Source: an uncultured Chloroflexia bacterium (GTDB taxonomy: Bacteria > Chloroflexota > Limnocylindria > QHBO01). Taken from it: a DNA stretch of 64,000 nt. Position 1 is the first letter of the stretch; the number at the start of each line of letters is the position of its first letter. The translations under genes were made by a program, and so were the position numbers. Below the pieces are notes generated by a model. That model had not been told where the DNA came from. It saw only the letters and a list, made by a program, of their open reading frames with translations, and did no database searches. Below are positions 31,391-41,752 of the stretch, piece by piece. The DNA lies in assembly GCA_963806695.1 (NCBI GenBank), contig CAWDYT010000003.1, positions 13,253 through 77,252 of the forward strand. The letters are read 5' to 3'.

Positions 31391-32618
31391 GCAGCCGACC
31401 GAAACGACGGCGACGCCGGTCCCGGCGCCCGCGCCCGCGCCCGCGCCGACGGCAGCCGCGGCCACGTACACCATGCAGCTCAGCCAGGTGCAGGTACCGA
31501 TCGCGGATGCGGCCCAGGCGTTCGTCATCCCGGACGCGTCGGGACGCTTCCCCATCGTCGTGCTCACCGGCGAGCGCAGCCGCATCCGCAACGAGTTCGT
31601 CGCGGCCGGAGTGGTGATGATCCTTCTGGCCGTGGTCTTCGAGCTCGCGCTCGTCGCGCGAGGCGCGCTCATCGCGGTTGCCCTCGGCGCCATCTTCATC
31701 GGCGTCGTGCAGTCCTTCATCGTGCGGGTCCCGGAGGGGTCCCAGGCGCTCGCCCTGCGTCGTGGCCGCTTCGACCGCGTCCTTCCCGCCGGGGTCCACT
31801 ACCTGCCGCCGTGGATCGCGGTGACCCACGTCGTGACGAGGCGCGAGATTCCGTTCGTCGTGCCGGGCATCGACGTCCCCACCTCCGACGGCGTTCGGGT
31901 CGACATCGACCTGGTGATCACCTTCGCCATCGAGGGGGCGGAGCGCTTCGCCTTCTCGATCTCCGCGCCGGACTTCGACGTTGTGTGCAGCGCCGCGAGC
32001 CAGGACGCGCTGCGCCAGATGGTGCGCGGCATCGGGTCGCAGGACGTGCTCGACCTCGCCGGGGCGTCGTCGGACGAGCTGCGTGCTGCCATCGGAGGCG
32101 CGCTCGACACCTACGGGGTGGTGGTGCACAAGGTCGTGATCATGGCCGTGCGCCCGCCGGCCGAGTACATGGCGTCGCTCGAAGCGCGCCGGCTCGCGGA
32201 AATTCGGCAGGCCGAACAGGCGGAGCAGCACATCCTCGATCGGCGGCGGCTGGCTGACCAGATCGACCTGCTGCGACACGGCGCCGAGGAGCGACGCAAC
32301 CTCATCGAGCTCGAGGCGGCCAACGAGGCGCTCCGGCTGGAGCGGCTCCAGAGCCGGCTCGCGACGTTCCCCGACGCCGCGCGATGGGACTTCGAGGGCC
32401 AGCGGCTGGACGTCGCTCGCGCGCTTGCCGGGAACGACCGGGCGCTGCTATCGGTCGGCGATCCGGGGCGGCTCACGGACGCCCTGGTGGGTTCGGAGCT
32501 GCGCGATGCGATCCAGGGTGGTGCCGCCCCGAGCCCCGCCGTCACGCCGCCGGCGGATGACCCGACGCCACCTCGGCCGCGGCGGACCACCCGACGATCG
32601 AGCCCATCGGGTGGCTGA
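31383..32618 (+). CDS. SPFH/band-7 domain protein (stomatin/prohibitin/HflK-like)
   Basis: It has an N-terminal TM. The band-7 core includes RVDIDLVITFAI and VHKVVIMAVRPP. The C-terminus is coiled-coil and Pro-rich. A GTG start overlaps the end of the AI-2E gene. Confidence 0.85.
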   Translation: MAEQPTETTATPVPAPAPAPAPTAAAATYTMQLSQVQVPIADAAQAFVIPDASGRFPIVVLTGERSRIRNEFVAAGVVMILLAVVFELALVARGALIAVALGAIFIGVVQSFIVRVPEGSQALALRRGRFDRVLPAGVHYLPPWIAVTHVVTRREIPFVVPGIDVPTSDGVRVDIDLVITFAIEGAERFAFSISAPDFDVVCSAASQDALRQMVRGIGSQDVLDLAGASSDELRAAIGGALDTYGVVVHKVVIMAVRPPAEYMASLEARRLAEIRQAEQAEQHILDRRRLADQIDLLRHGAEERRNLIELEAANEALRLERLQSRLATFPDAARWDFEGQRLDVARALAGNDRALLSVGDPGRLTDALVGSELRDAIQGGAAPSPAVTPPADDPTPPRPRRTTRRSSPSGG

Positions 32619-32688
32619 CCATGGGTGCGGCGGCGCGTTTCTGGTCCATCCCGCCCATCGGTGGCCCTATCCTCTGACCCACCACTGA

Positions 32689-33357
32689 TTGCGGAGGTCG
32701 AACATGGAGCTCTTCGCCGGGCTGGTCGCGATCGTCTTCGGCCTGCTGCTGCTCACCGCCGGGTACCGCATCTTTCTGGCGCTGCTGCCGCTGATCGCTT
32801 TCCTGGTCGGCCTGGTCACGGGCCTCACCCTGATCCACGAGATCACCGGTGACGGGTTCCTCGCCTCGCTGCTCGGCGTCGCCGTCGGGATCGGCCTCGG
32901 GGTCCTGTTCACGGCGCTCGCGCTGATGTTCTGGGCGGTCGGCGTCATCCTCGTGCTCGCTGGCCTGGGCTTCTCGGTCGGCTATGCGCTGCTGCCGGCC
33001 GTCGGGATCGACCTGCCGTTGGTGTCCATCCTCATCGGCCTGGCGCTCGGCATCGCGGCCGGGGCGGCGGCAGTCATGCTGCGCCTCCCGCGCGCCATCA
33101 TCATCGGCCTCACGTCGCTGTGGGGTGCGGGCGGGATGCTGGCCGGCGCGTTCACCGTCCTCGGCACCATCGGCAGCGACGACCTGAGCTTCGGGGGCAT
33201 CCACGCGGTGCTCGGCGAGTCTCCGCTGTGGACGCTGGTGTGGCTGGTGATCGGCGCGGTCGGCATGGTCGTGCAGTGGCGAACGACCGACGACTTCGTC
33301 CTGGTCGTCCCCGGCACCGATGGGCTACCCACGCCCCGAGATCCGCGGCTGACCTGA
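32689..33357 (+). CDS. Polytopic membrane protein (DUF4203/TM7S3-like, assignment tentative)
   Basis: It has 6-7 TM helices rich in Gly/Ala/Leu. Function is unknown. The true start may be the second Met (MELFAGL). Confidence 0.6.
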   Translation: MRRSNMELFAGLVAIVFGLLLLTAGYRIFLALLPLIAFLVGLVTGLTLIHEITGDGFLASLLGVAVGIGLGVLFTALALMFWAVGVILVLAGLGFSVGYALLPAVGIDLPLVSILIGLALGIAAGAAAVMLRLPRAIIIGLTSLWGAGGMLAGAFTVLGTIGSDDLSFGGIHAVLGESPLWTLVWLVIGAVGMVVQWRTTDDFVLVVPGTDGLPTPRDPRLT

Positions 33358-33380
33358 TCGCGACTCGTTCGGGCGGCGCC

Positions 33381-33812
33381 TCAGCGCTCCCGCGGACGGC
33401 GCACGGCCTGGACCTCGGCGACGGTCTCGCGCGGGACGCGCAGGTGGAGGAGTACCTTCGCGCCCGCTCGCCGGACCTCCGCGTCGAAGCGCGGCGCCCA
33501 GTGATGCTCGATGAGAAATACGCCGGCCGTTCGATCCGGTCCGAGCCCGGCGCCGAGCTCCAGCAGGTCGTCATCGGCGATCAGGCCGCTGACCTCCTTG
33601 ATGTTCGGCCCCAGGGCTGCGTACGCCTCGTCGGGCAGGTCCGCCAGCTCGGTGAAGCTGACCTCACCGGCGACGTCGGTATGCACGAATGCCACGTCGA
33701 TGATGCGGACCTGGTCGGCCGAGACCAGGTCGCGAATCGCCTCCGCAAGGCTCTCGCCCGGATGCCCCTCTGGCGTGGCAACGACGATCAATTCGACCGG
33801 ACCGTAGGTCAT
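33381..33812 (-). CDS. Uncharacterized conserved small protein, copy A (DUF6325-like; family name recalled from memory, unverified)
   Basis: 144 aa starting at ATG 33812 (MTYGPVELIVVATPEGHPGES...). It is a paralogue of the protein at 34245-34679 (shared PIELLVVA..P, IDVAFV/IVDMLA, LLWEN/FLIEHHW). The ORF-track extension to 33923 is upstream read-through. Confidence 0.6.
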   Translation of the reverse strand: MTYGPVELIVVATPEGHPGESLAEAIRDLVSADQVRIIDVAFVHTDVAGEVSFTELADLPDEAYAALGPNIKEVSGLIADDDLLELGAGLGPDRTAGVFLIEHHWAPRFDAEVRRAGAKVLLHLRVPRETVAEVQAVRRPRER

Positions 33813-33861
33813 GGCGCCATTCGCTCGGGACACGTTGGCGGTACGCCGCCACCAGCCCTGT

Positions 33862-33896
33862 CGGATTCGGGGCCGCCAACGGTCCGGCCGAATCCG
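33862..33896. promoter_or_regulatory. Imperfect 14-bp-arm inverted repeat (CGGATTCGGGGCCG...CGGCCGAATCCG) in a divergent intergenic region
   Basis: The repeat is seen directly in the sequence. It lies between the divergently transcribed genes at 33812(-) and 33944(+). It is a candidate operator or RNA hairpin. Confidence 0.35.
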
Positions 33897-33943
33897 TCGA
33901 GCGAGCGGATGACGTAGATTCACCGATAGAGGTGGGCGCGATA

Positions 33944-34264
33944 ATGCGGAAGCATCCGAAGTTCAGCCGCTCCGGTCCCGGACTCATCTCGGTGATGGCC
34001 CGATCCGCGGTGCTGGCGGGAAGCCCGGAGATCGAGCCCGTGCTCGACCGGCCGCGTCGGCGGCTCACGCTCCGATCGAGCGCGGCCGCTCGGTACGACC
34101 AGCTGCTGGAGCTGATGAGCGCCGGTGTGCTGACCGGGACCGAGGTCCAGGATGCGGTGGAGCGACTCACCTCGCAGGCAGCAAGCAACTCGACCCGTCA
34201 CACATCGCCGGACAGCGGTCCGGGCAGTAACCAGGAGGCACAGGATGTCACTCGGCCCCATTGA
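33944..34264 (+). CDS. Small protein with SHOCT-like C-terminal segment, copy B
   Basis: The ATG at 33944 has GAGGTGG 8 nt upstream. The N-terminal motif RSGPGLISVMARSAVLAG is shared with the SHOCT protein at 34708. The C-terminal segment RYDQLLELMSAGVLTGTEVQDAVERL resembles a SHOCT domain. The 3' end overlaps the next gene by 20 nt. Confidence 0.5.
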   Translation: MRKHPKFSRSGPGLISVMARSAVLAGSPEIEPVLDRPRRRLTLRSSAAARYDQLLELMSAGVLTGTEVQDAVERLTSQAASNSTRHTSPDSGPGSNQEAQDVTRPH

Positions 34265-34679
34265 GCTCCTCGTCGTCGCCGCGCCGACCGACAAGCTGAA
34301 GGGTGAGGTCATATCGGCGATCCACGACCTCGTGGAGAAGGGGACCATCCGAATCGTCGACATGTTGGCGGCGATTCGCAACGACGCCGGCGATCTCACC
34401 GTTCTCGACCTGCACGAGCTCGGCGACGAGACCGTGACCGCGCTCCAGATCTCGAACTCGGAGCTGCAGGATGTCCTGACCGAGGACGACGCGACCACCT
34501 TTGCCGCCCGGCTGGAGCCCGGTCAGGCGGTCGGTCTCCTGCTCTGGGAGAACACGTGGGCGACCGAAGTGGCCGATGCGCTTCGGCGGGCCGACGCCCA
34601 GGTCCTGGTCCACGAGCCGATCCCGCGCGCGGTGATCGAGGAGCTCGTGGCATCCGCCACCGCCACCCCATCGGCATGA
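34245..34679 (+). CDS. Uncharacterized conserved small protein, copy C (DUF6325-like, unverified)
   Basis: The ATG at 34245 is preceded by AGGAGG. The 144-aa product is a paralogue of the protein at 33381-33812. Confidence 0.65.
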   Translation: MSLGPIELLVVAAPTDKLKGEVISAIHDLVEKGTIRIVDMLAAIRNDAGDLTVLDLHELGDETVTALQISNSELQDVLTEDDATTFAARLEPGQAVGLLLWENTWATEVADALRRADAQVLVHEPIPRAVIEELVASATATPSA

Positions 34680-34707
34680 CCTGCACTGAATCGAGAGGAG
34701 CACGAAC

Positions 34708-35076
34708 ATGATGCGTCGACGTGGGCCAGGGCTCATGCGCACGGTCGCCCGCACCGCCGTCGTGGCGGGTACCGCTTCCGCGGTGGCGGGAGGCGTCCAC
34801 CATCGCCAGCAGCAGCGCTGGGAGGGCCAGCAGGCCGAGCAGCAGGCGCAGGCGGATGCCCAGTACGCCGAGGCGCAGGAACAGGACCAGGTGGCCCAGA
34901 TGCAACAGCAGCTGAACCAGCTCCAGGCCCAGCAGGCGTCCGCCGCAGCCGGCCCGCCCGCTGGTGGGGGTGGTGGAGACCTGGTGGCCGAGCTCTCGAA
35001 GCTGGGCGATCTCAAGGCCGCCGGCATCCTGAGCGAAGAGGAGTTCCAGGCCGCGAAGGCCCGGCTGCTGGGATAA
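34708..35076 (+). CDS. SHOCT domain protein, copy D
   Basis: The ATG follows a GAGAGGAG RBS. The N-terminal motif is RRGPGLMRTVARTAVVAGTA. The middle is a Gln/Ala-rich low-complexity linker. The C-terminal SHOCT motif is DLVAELSKLGDLKAAGILSEEEFQAAKARLLG. Confidence 0.75.
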   Translation: MMRRRGPGLMRTVARTAVVAGTASAVAGGVHHRQQQRWEGQQAEQQAQADAQYAEAQEQDQVAQMQQQLNQLQAQQASAAAGPPAGGGGGDLVAELSKLGDLKAAGILSEEEFQAAKARLLG

Positions 35077-35096
35077 CGGGGCATCGACCGATCTCC

Positions 35097-35129
35097 GCGC
35101 CGCCCTGCCCCGGGCGGCGCGCCGTTTGT
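35097..35129 (+). terminator. Putative intrinsic terminator: 9-bp perfect GC stem (GCGCCGCCC/GGGCGGCGC), 6-nt loop, followed by GTTTGT
   Basis: The hairpin is seen 20 nt after the SHOCT gene stop. The U-tract is short, as is common in high-GC genomes. Confidence 0.4.
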
Positions 35130-35252
35130 CCCGACCCCTCGTCGGATCGGGTGCCGCTGCGCCCACGGCGTGCGGCAACGGGCATTCGCGCACCATGGGT
35201 TTGACCCGATGAGGATCATGGGATCGGGAGGGGCGCCGGTGCGGAGGCGGGC

Positions 35253-35984
35253 ATGATGTCGACCGGGGAGACCGGGGGCGCGAAGCCGATCACCGTCGTC
35301 TTCGCCGACGACTCCTATCTGGTGCGCGAGGCAATCGTCCGCGTGCTGGCCGATGACGGCCGCGTGCGCCTCCTGGCGGTGTGCAGCGACGGCGTCGAGC
35401 TGTGGGAGTCCATCGAGCGACACCGTCCGCAGGTGGTCATCACCGACCTGCGGATGCCGCCATCGGGCGACGGCGAGGCGATCCGCATCTCCGAGCGTCT
35501 CCGTCGGGAGCATCCCGGCACCGGCGTCGTGGTGCTGACGCAGCAGGACGATCCGGCGTACGGGCGTGAGCTCCTCGCACACGGGAGCGAGGGGCGCGCG
35601 TACCTCCTGAAGGAGCGCGTCCACGAGCGAAACGAGCTGATCTCGGCGATCGAGCTCGTCGCCGCGGGTGGCACCGCCATCGATCCCACCATCGTCGATT
35701 CGCTCATCGCCGCCACCACCACGGCCAGCGCGGCGACCATCGGCGCCCTCACGCCGCGTGAGCAGGAGGTCCTCGCGCTGATGGCGCAGGGCAGGAACAA
35801 CGCATCGATCGCCGATGAGCTGGTCCTCACGCGGCGCGCGGTGGAGAAGCACGTCGGTGCGATCTTCGCGAAGCTGGGGCTCGACGACGAGCGCATCGCG
35901 AGCCGTCGAGTCATGGCCGTCCTCCGGTTCCTCGAGGATGGCGGCGGGCATCCGCCGAGCGGTGGTCAGCACCCCTCCGCCTAG
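35253..35984 (+). CDS. NarL/FixJ (LuxR) family response regulator, orphan (no adjacent kinase)
   Basis: The receiver domain has phospho-acceptor Asp in VVITDLRMP. The C-terminal HTH LuxR domain contains LTPREQEVLALMAQGRNNASIADELVLTRRAVEKHV. Confidence 0.85.
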   Translation: MMSTGETGGAKPITVVFADDSYLVREAIVRVLADDGRVRLLAVCSDGVELWESIERHRPQVVITDLRMPPSGDGEAIRISERLRREHPGTGVVVLTQQDDPAYGRELLAHGSEGRAYLLKERVHERNELISAIELVAAGGTAIDPTIVDSLIAATTTASAATIGALTPREQEVLALMAQGRNNASIADELVLTRRAVEKHVGAIFAKLGLDDERIASRRVMAVLRFLEDGGGHPPSGGQHPSA

Positions 35985-36949
35985 GGTGCGCGCACCATTG
36001 CGAGCACTCGCCGGGCGGACAGACGATGGCCGCATGTCGGCCACCGCGTCCCGAGCAGGACCGGCGGCGGAGGAAAACACCCTGCTGCCCGGCTCCAGCG
36101 ATGCTGCACTGCTTCTTGGCGTCGCGCACGGCCAGCCTGGCTCGGCCGGTGAGCTGTACGGCCGGTATCGGGATGGAGCGCTCGGGGTTGCCATCAGCGT
36201 CCTCGGTGACGAGATGGAGGGCGAGGACGTCGTCCACGAGGTGTTCGAGGCGTTGCCGCGCATGGCGCGCTCGTTCGACGCCAACCGCGGATCGGTGCCC
36301 CAGTGGCTGTTTCGAGTGGTCCGCAACCGGGCGATCGATCACGTGCGGCGCCGAACGCGAGAGGCGTCCCGAGTAGCGGCACCCATTCCCGGCACCGACG
36401 AGTTTCACCTGGTCCCCTCCCTTGCGCCCAGCCCGTCGGACGAGCTGGAGGCGGAGGAGATGCTCGAGCTCATCGGTCGCCTCGACCCGCGTCACGCCCA
36501 CCTTGTCCGCCTTGCGTTCGTGGACGGCTGGAGCCACTCGGCCATCGCCGGCATGACCGGCCTGCCGCTCGGGACCGTGAAGACCCGGATCCGCCTGAGC
36601 CTGCGGCTGATCCGCTCGTTCCTCGCGGAGGCGGACGTCACCCCGATTCCTGTCGAGGCCACCGTCGCGCCGACGCCGCAGGTGCGGCTGGTCGGCGCCG
36701 CCGCCCGCGGCTCCCTGGCACGCACGATGCGACGCGACGCCGAGCGCCGCTACGGCGTCGTGGCCCGCGCGGCGATCGCTGCCGACGACTCGGCCCCGGG
36801 GGTCGTGGTGACGCGCCCGACCAGCCAGGAGGACCTCGTCGCACTCCTCGCACGGCTCGACGAGGTCGGTTGGAACCTGACGCCGCTGGTGGTGCTCGGA
36901 TCAGGCGAGACCTCCCGAGCAGCTCGCAGCGCATGGCGGCCCGGTCGTC

Positions 36950-38669
<1,720 letters not shown>

Positions 38670-38678
38670 TAGAGACCG

Positions 38679-39533
38679 ATGTACGGGCCATCAAGCCCGA
38701 ACCGTCGGAGCCGCGCGGGGCTCTGGTTCGCCGGATTCACGATCGCCAGCCTGCTCATGCTGCTCGCCAGCTCCACCGAGCCGGCGCGGGCGCTGCAGGA
38801 GGTCACCGCACGCGCGCTCGATCCGGTCCGCCAGACGCTGGCCGGCATCGGCGGCGGGGTGGCCGGCCTGTTCGGCGCCGTGGGCGAGATCGACCGCCTG
38901 CGCGGCGAGAACGAGGACCTGCGAGTCGCCCTCGCCGGCGCCGAGCAGCGCATCGCCGAGCTGACGGAGGCCGCGCGCGAGAACGAGGAGCTACGCGACC
39001 TGCTCGGCATCACCGATGCCCTCGAGATGGACCTGTTCCCCGTGCGCATCATCGGCCGCGACCCGTCCAACTTCTCGTGGGAAGTCCGGATCGACGCCGG
39101 GGCGGAGGACGGCATCGCCGAGGGCATGCCGGTCGTCGCAAACGCGGACGGGGCCGGTGCGCTGGCGGGCACGGTTGTCGGGGTGACCGATGACACGGCG
39201 CGGGTCCGCTTCATCGTCGACACGCGCTCGGTCGTGATCGCGGTGGACCAGGCGACGCGCGCCCTCGGCGAGGTTCGCGGCCAGGCGGGAGGCCAGCTGG
39301 TGATGACCGGCATTCCGGTCACCGAGGACGTCGAAGTCGGTGCCACGATCGTCAGTGCCGGGCTCACCTACGGGACCGAGGCCAGCCGCTACCCCGGCGG
39401 CCTCCTGATCGGCACCGTCCAGGCGGTCGAGGACGACGCCAACGCCCTCACCCGAACGGCATTCGTGAGGCCGGCGTTCGATGCCGCGTCCGCCGAGCGC
39501 CTGCTGGTGGTGGTCGACTTCAGCCAGGGCTAG
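38679..39533 (+). CDS. mreC: Rod shape-determining protein MreC
   Basis: It has an N-terminal TM and a coiled-coil segment (ENEDLRVALAGAEQRIAELTEAARENEELRDLL). The MreC beta-domain includes PVVANADGAGALAGTVVGVTDDTARVRFI. No mreD, pbpA or rodA follows. Confidence 0.85.
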   Translation: MYGPSSPNRRSRAGLWFAGFTIASLLMLLASSTEPARALQEVTARALDPVRQTLAGIGGGVAGLFGAVGEIDRLRGENEDLRVALAGAEQRIAELTEAARENEELRDLLGITDALEMDLFPVRIIGRDPSNFSWEVRIDAGAEDGIAEGMPVVANADGAGALAGTVVGVTDDTARVRFIVDTRSVVIAVDQATRALGEVRGQAGGQLVMTGIPVTEDVEVGATIVSAGLTYGTEASRYPGGLLIGTVQAVEDDANALTRTAFVRPAFDAASAERLLVVVDFSQG

Positions 39534-39545
39534 GCCGCCCCGAGG

Positions 39546-40424
39546 TCAGCGGGCCGCGCGCCCGCCGATCGTCATGCGCAGCCCGAAGCGCAGCGACGCG
39601 CCCGGGTCGAGGAGGTGCATGGCGTCCGGCTCGCCCGCGATGAGGCGACGCAGACCGTCGGGGGCATGCGTTTGCGGCTCGACCGCAACCGCGCCGAGCT
39701 CCTCGGGGGCCGCCACGGCCACGCAGAGCCGTGGCGCGTCCGCCTCGAGGCGCGCCGAGAGCCCGAGGTGCGGCCACGCCACGTCGATCGCCGGCGACGC
39801 GAGGTCCGACCAGGTGGCGTCGACGCCACGCGGTGGACTCGCCGCCACGCGCATGTCGAGGGCGCCGTCGACTGCCGACGGCCTAGGTGGGGAAGCGGTG
39901 TTCGTCGCGTAGACCGTCCGGGCCGGAATGCCGACCGCCAATGGGCCCAGGAACCACGGGTGAAGGCCGATCCCAGCCGGCATCGGCGCGCTGGATCTGT
40001 TCACCAGCTCGTAGTCCAGCGCCACGGTCCGCCCGTCAACGCCGAGGTTGGCGGTGGCCTCGAAGGCCCACGGCCATCCGCCCTCGCCCTCGTCCACGGC
40101 GATCCGGAGGGACCGATCGGCGCGAGTCTCCCAGGGTCGAGCGTGGACGAGCCCATGGATGGCCGATCCATCGGGGAAGTTCGGCGCCAGCCGAACGGTC
40201 CGCCCGGCCACGTCGAACGGCTGTGCCGGCGCGCGGTTGCACCACGGGGCCATGAGGTACGCGCCCCAGAAGAACGGATCGTCGCGGTGGGTCGCGGGCT
40301 CGTCGGGCATCCGCAGCAGGTCGGCTCCGTCGACCAGGAGCCGATGGATCCGCCCACCGAGCTCCGGCAGCACGACCATCTCGACGCCGTCGCCGCGCAG
40401 GACGATCTGCTCGACAGCGGTCAT
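39546..40424 (-). CDS. Aldose 1-epimerase family protein (galactose mutarotase-like)
   Basis: Motifs are LPELGGRIHRLLVDG, GAYLMAPWCNR, and AIHGLVHARPWE. Length is 292 aa. Confidence 0.8.
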   Translation of the reverse strand: MTAVEQIVLRGDGVEMVVLPELGGRIHRLLVDGADLLRMPDEPATHRDDPFFWGAYLMAPWCNRAPAQPFDVAGRTVRLAPNFPDGSAIHGLVHARPWETRADRSLRIAVDEGEGGWPWAFEATANLGVDGRTVALDYELVNRSSAPMPAGIGLHPWFLGPLAVGIPARTVYATNTASPPRPSAVDGALDMRVAASPPRGVDATWSDLASPAIDVAWPHLGLSARLEADAPRLCVAVAAPEELGAVAVEPQTHAPDGLRRLIAGEPDAMHLLDPGASLRFGLRMTIGGRAAR

Positions 40425-41752
40425 CGGCCCAGCGCCATCGCCCGATCCGGGGCAAGCAGGAAGGGCGACAGGACGGCGGGGAGGTTCGAGAACGGCAGGA
40501 CGTCCGGGTGCAGCTCGATCCCGAGAACGTCCGTCATGAAGGCGCGTCGCCGCTCGATGCGCCGCCAGGCATCCGGGAAGCGGGCTGCGAGGTCGTCACG
40601 CATCGCCTCGTCGGCGAGGGCGATGCCGTCCTCGATATTCGTCGTGAAGTACTCGGTGCCGGTGGCGGGGATGACGTCCACCTGGAAGCACATCCCGGAG
40701 CGAAGCTCGATCGGCGAGCCGGCCCAGATCGGCGAATTGACCCACTCGTCGAGGTGGAGCTGGTGCCCGGGGTTGAGGAAGATCCCGAAGAATGGGTCGC
40801 CCAGATGGCGCTCGACGACCTCGTGCAGCTGCCCACCGGTCACCCCGATGCGGATGGTCGCGTACCACTCTGCGATCGCGGCGAAGTAGGGCGCCACGAG
40901 CCGGTCCACGTAGTCGCGAATCGGGTCCGGCAGCTCGTCGGCGGACTCGACGACGAACCCGGCGCGACAGGTGAGCGCGCCCCAGATGCCGAAGGCCGTC
41001 GTGAATCGATCACGACGCTGGATCGCCCGATCGCTCGGGCTGAGCAGCCCGAACGTGGCCCGCGGCCCGGCCGTCAGCATGAGGTGGCACGACAGCGGCC
41101 AGCCGTTCCAGCCCAGCAGCCGGACTGCCTCCTGCTCCGTCATTCCGGGTCGAAGTCCGCGCAGCATGTTCCGGACGCCCTGCGACGTCTGGCAGCTGGC
41201 CCACTCGAACGCTGCGAGCTGCTCGACCTCGTTGATGACGCGCAGGCCGTCCGCCCCGTCGATCAACAGCCCGGTGGCGTTGGAGACCGATCCCGTTGTC
41301 CCCACCAGGTCGCGAACGGCGTCGACCAGGTAGGCCGGCAGATCGCTCCGCTCCGGCGCGCCGTACGCCTTCCAGCCGACGAGGCCGACCTGGCTGCCGG
41401 GACGGATGCCCTCCTCGGCCAGGATCTCGGCCAGCGGTCGGGAGCGGTCGCGTGGCTGGCTCGGCAGGCTGAAGTCCTGGAACCGGTGTCGTCGCATCGG
41501 CAGCGGGGCCGCGCCGGCCGTGCCCCAGCACTCGTTGCCGACCAGGACCGCCGGATCGCCGTCCGGGCCGACGACGAGGAGCGCTTCCTCGAAGCGAGGA
41601 TCGAAGCCGGTGAGGAACGAGAGGTTCGCGCTGTGCTCGCGATCGGCGTACACGAGCAGCCGATCCAGACCCGCTCCGTGCGCTCGCTCGCGCAGGCGCT
41701 CGAGCCTCGTCACGTGCAGCACCGCGGGGATGTCCGGCATGCCGGCCGGCAT
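40421..41752 (-). CDS. M24-family (creatinase/prolidase-like) protein
   Basis: A creatinase-N-like segment (LDRLLVYADREHSANLSFLTGFD) is followed by a pita-bread-fold C-terminal region (GVTGGQLHEVVERHLG...GMCFQVDVIPATGTEYFTTNIEDGIAL). The start was chosen at ATG 41752. The same frame continues upstream without a stop into the CRTAC1-like fragments. Confidence 0.6.
   Translation of the reverse strand: MPAGMPDIPAVLHVTRLERLRERAHGAGLDRLLVYADREHSANLSFLTGFDPRFEEALLVVGPDGDPAVLVGNECWGTAGAAPLPMRRHRFQDFSLPSQPRDRSRPLAEILAEEGIRPGSQVGLVGWKAYGAPERSDLPAYLVDAVRDLVGTTGSVSNATGLLIDGADGLRVINEVEQLAAFEWASCQTSQGVRNMLRGLRPGMTEQEAVRLLGWNGWPLSCHLMLTAGPRATFGLLSPSDRAIQRRDRFTTAFGIWGALTCRAGFVVESADELPDPIRDYVDRLVAPYFAAIAEWYATIRIGVTGGQLHEVVERHLGDPFFGIFLNPGHQLHLDEWVNSPIWAGSPIELRSGMCFQVDVIPATGTEYFTTNIEDGIALADEAMRDDLAARFPDAWRRIERRRAFMTDVLGIELHPDVLPFSNLPAVLSPFLLAPDRAMALGR

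Noticed and set aside
29720-31720. 666-aa minus-strand ORF
   Set aside because: Antisense to the intact AI-2E transporter and SPFH genes. Low-complexity translation.
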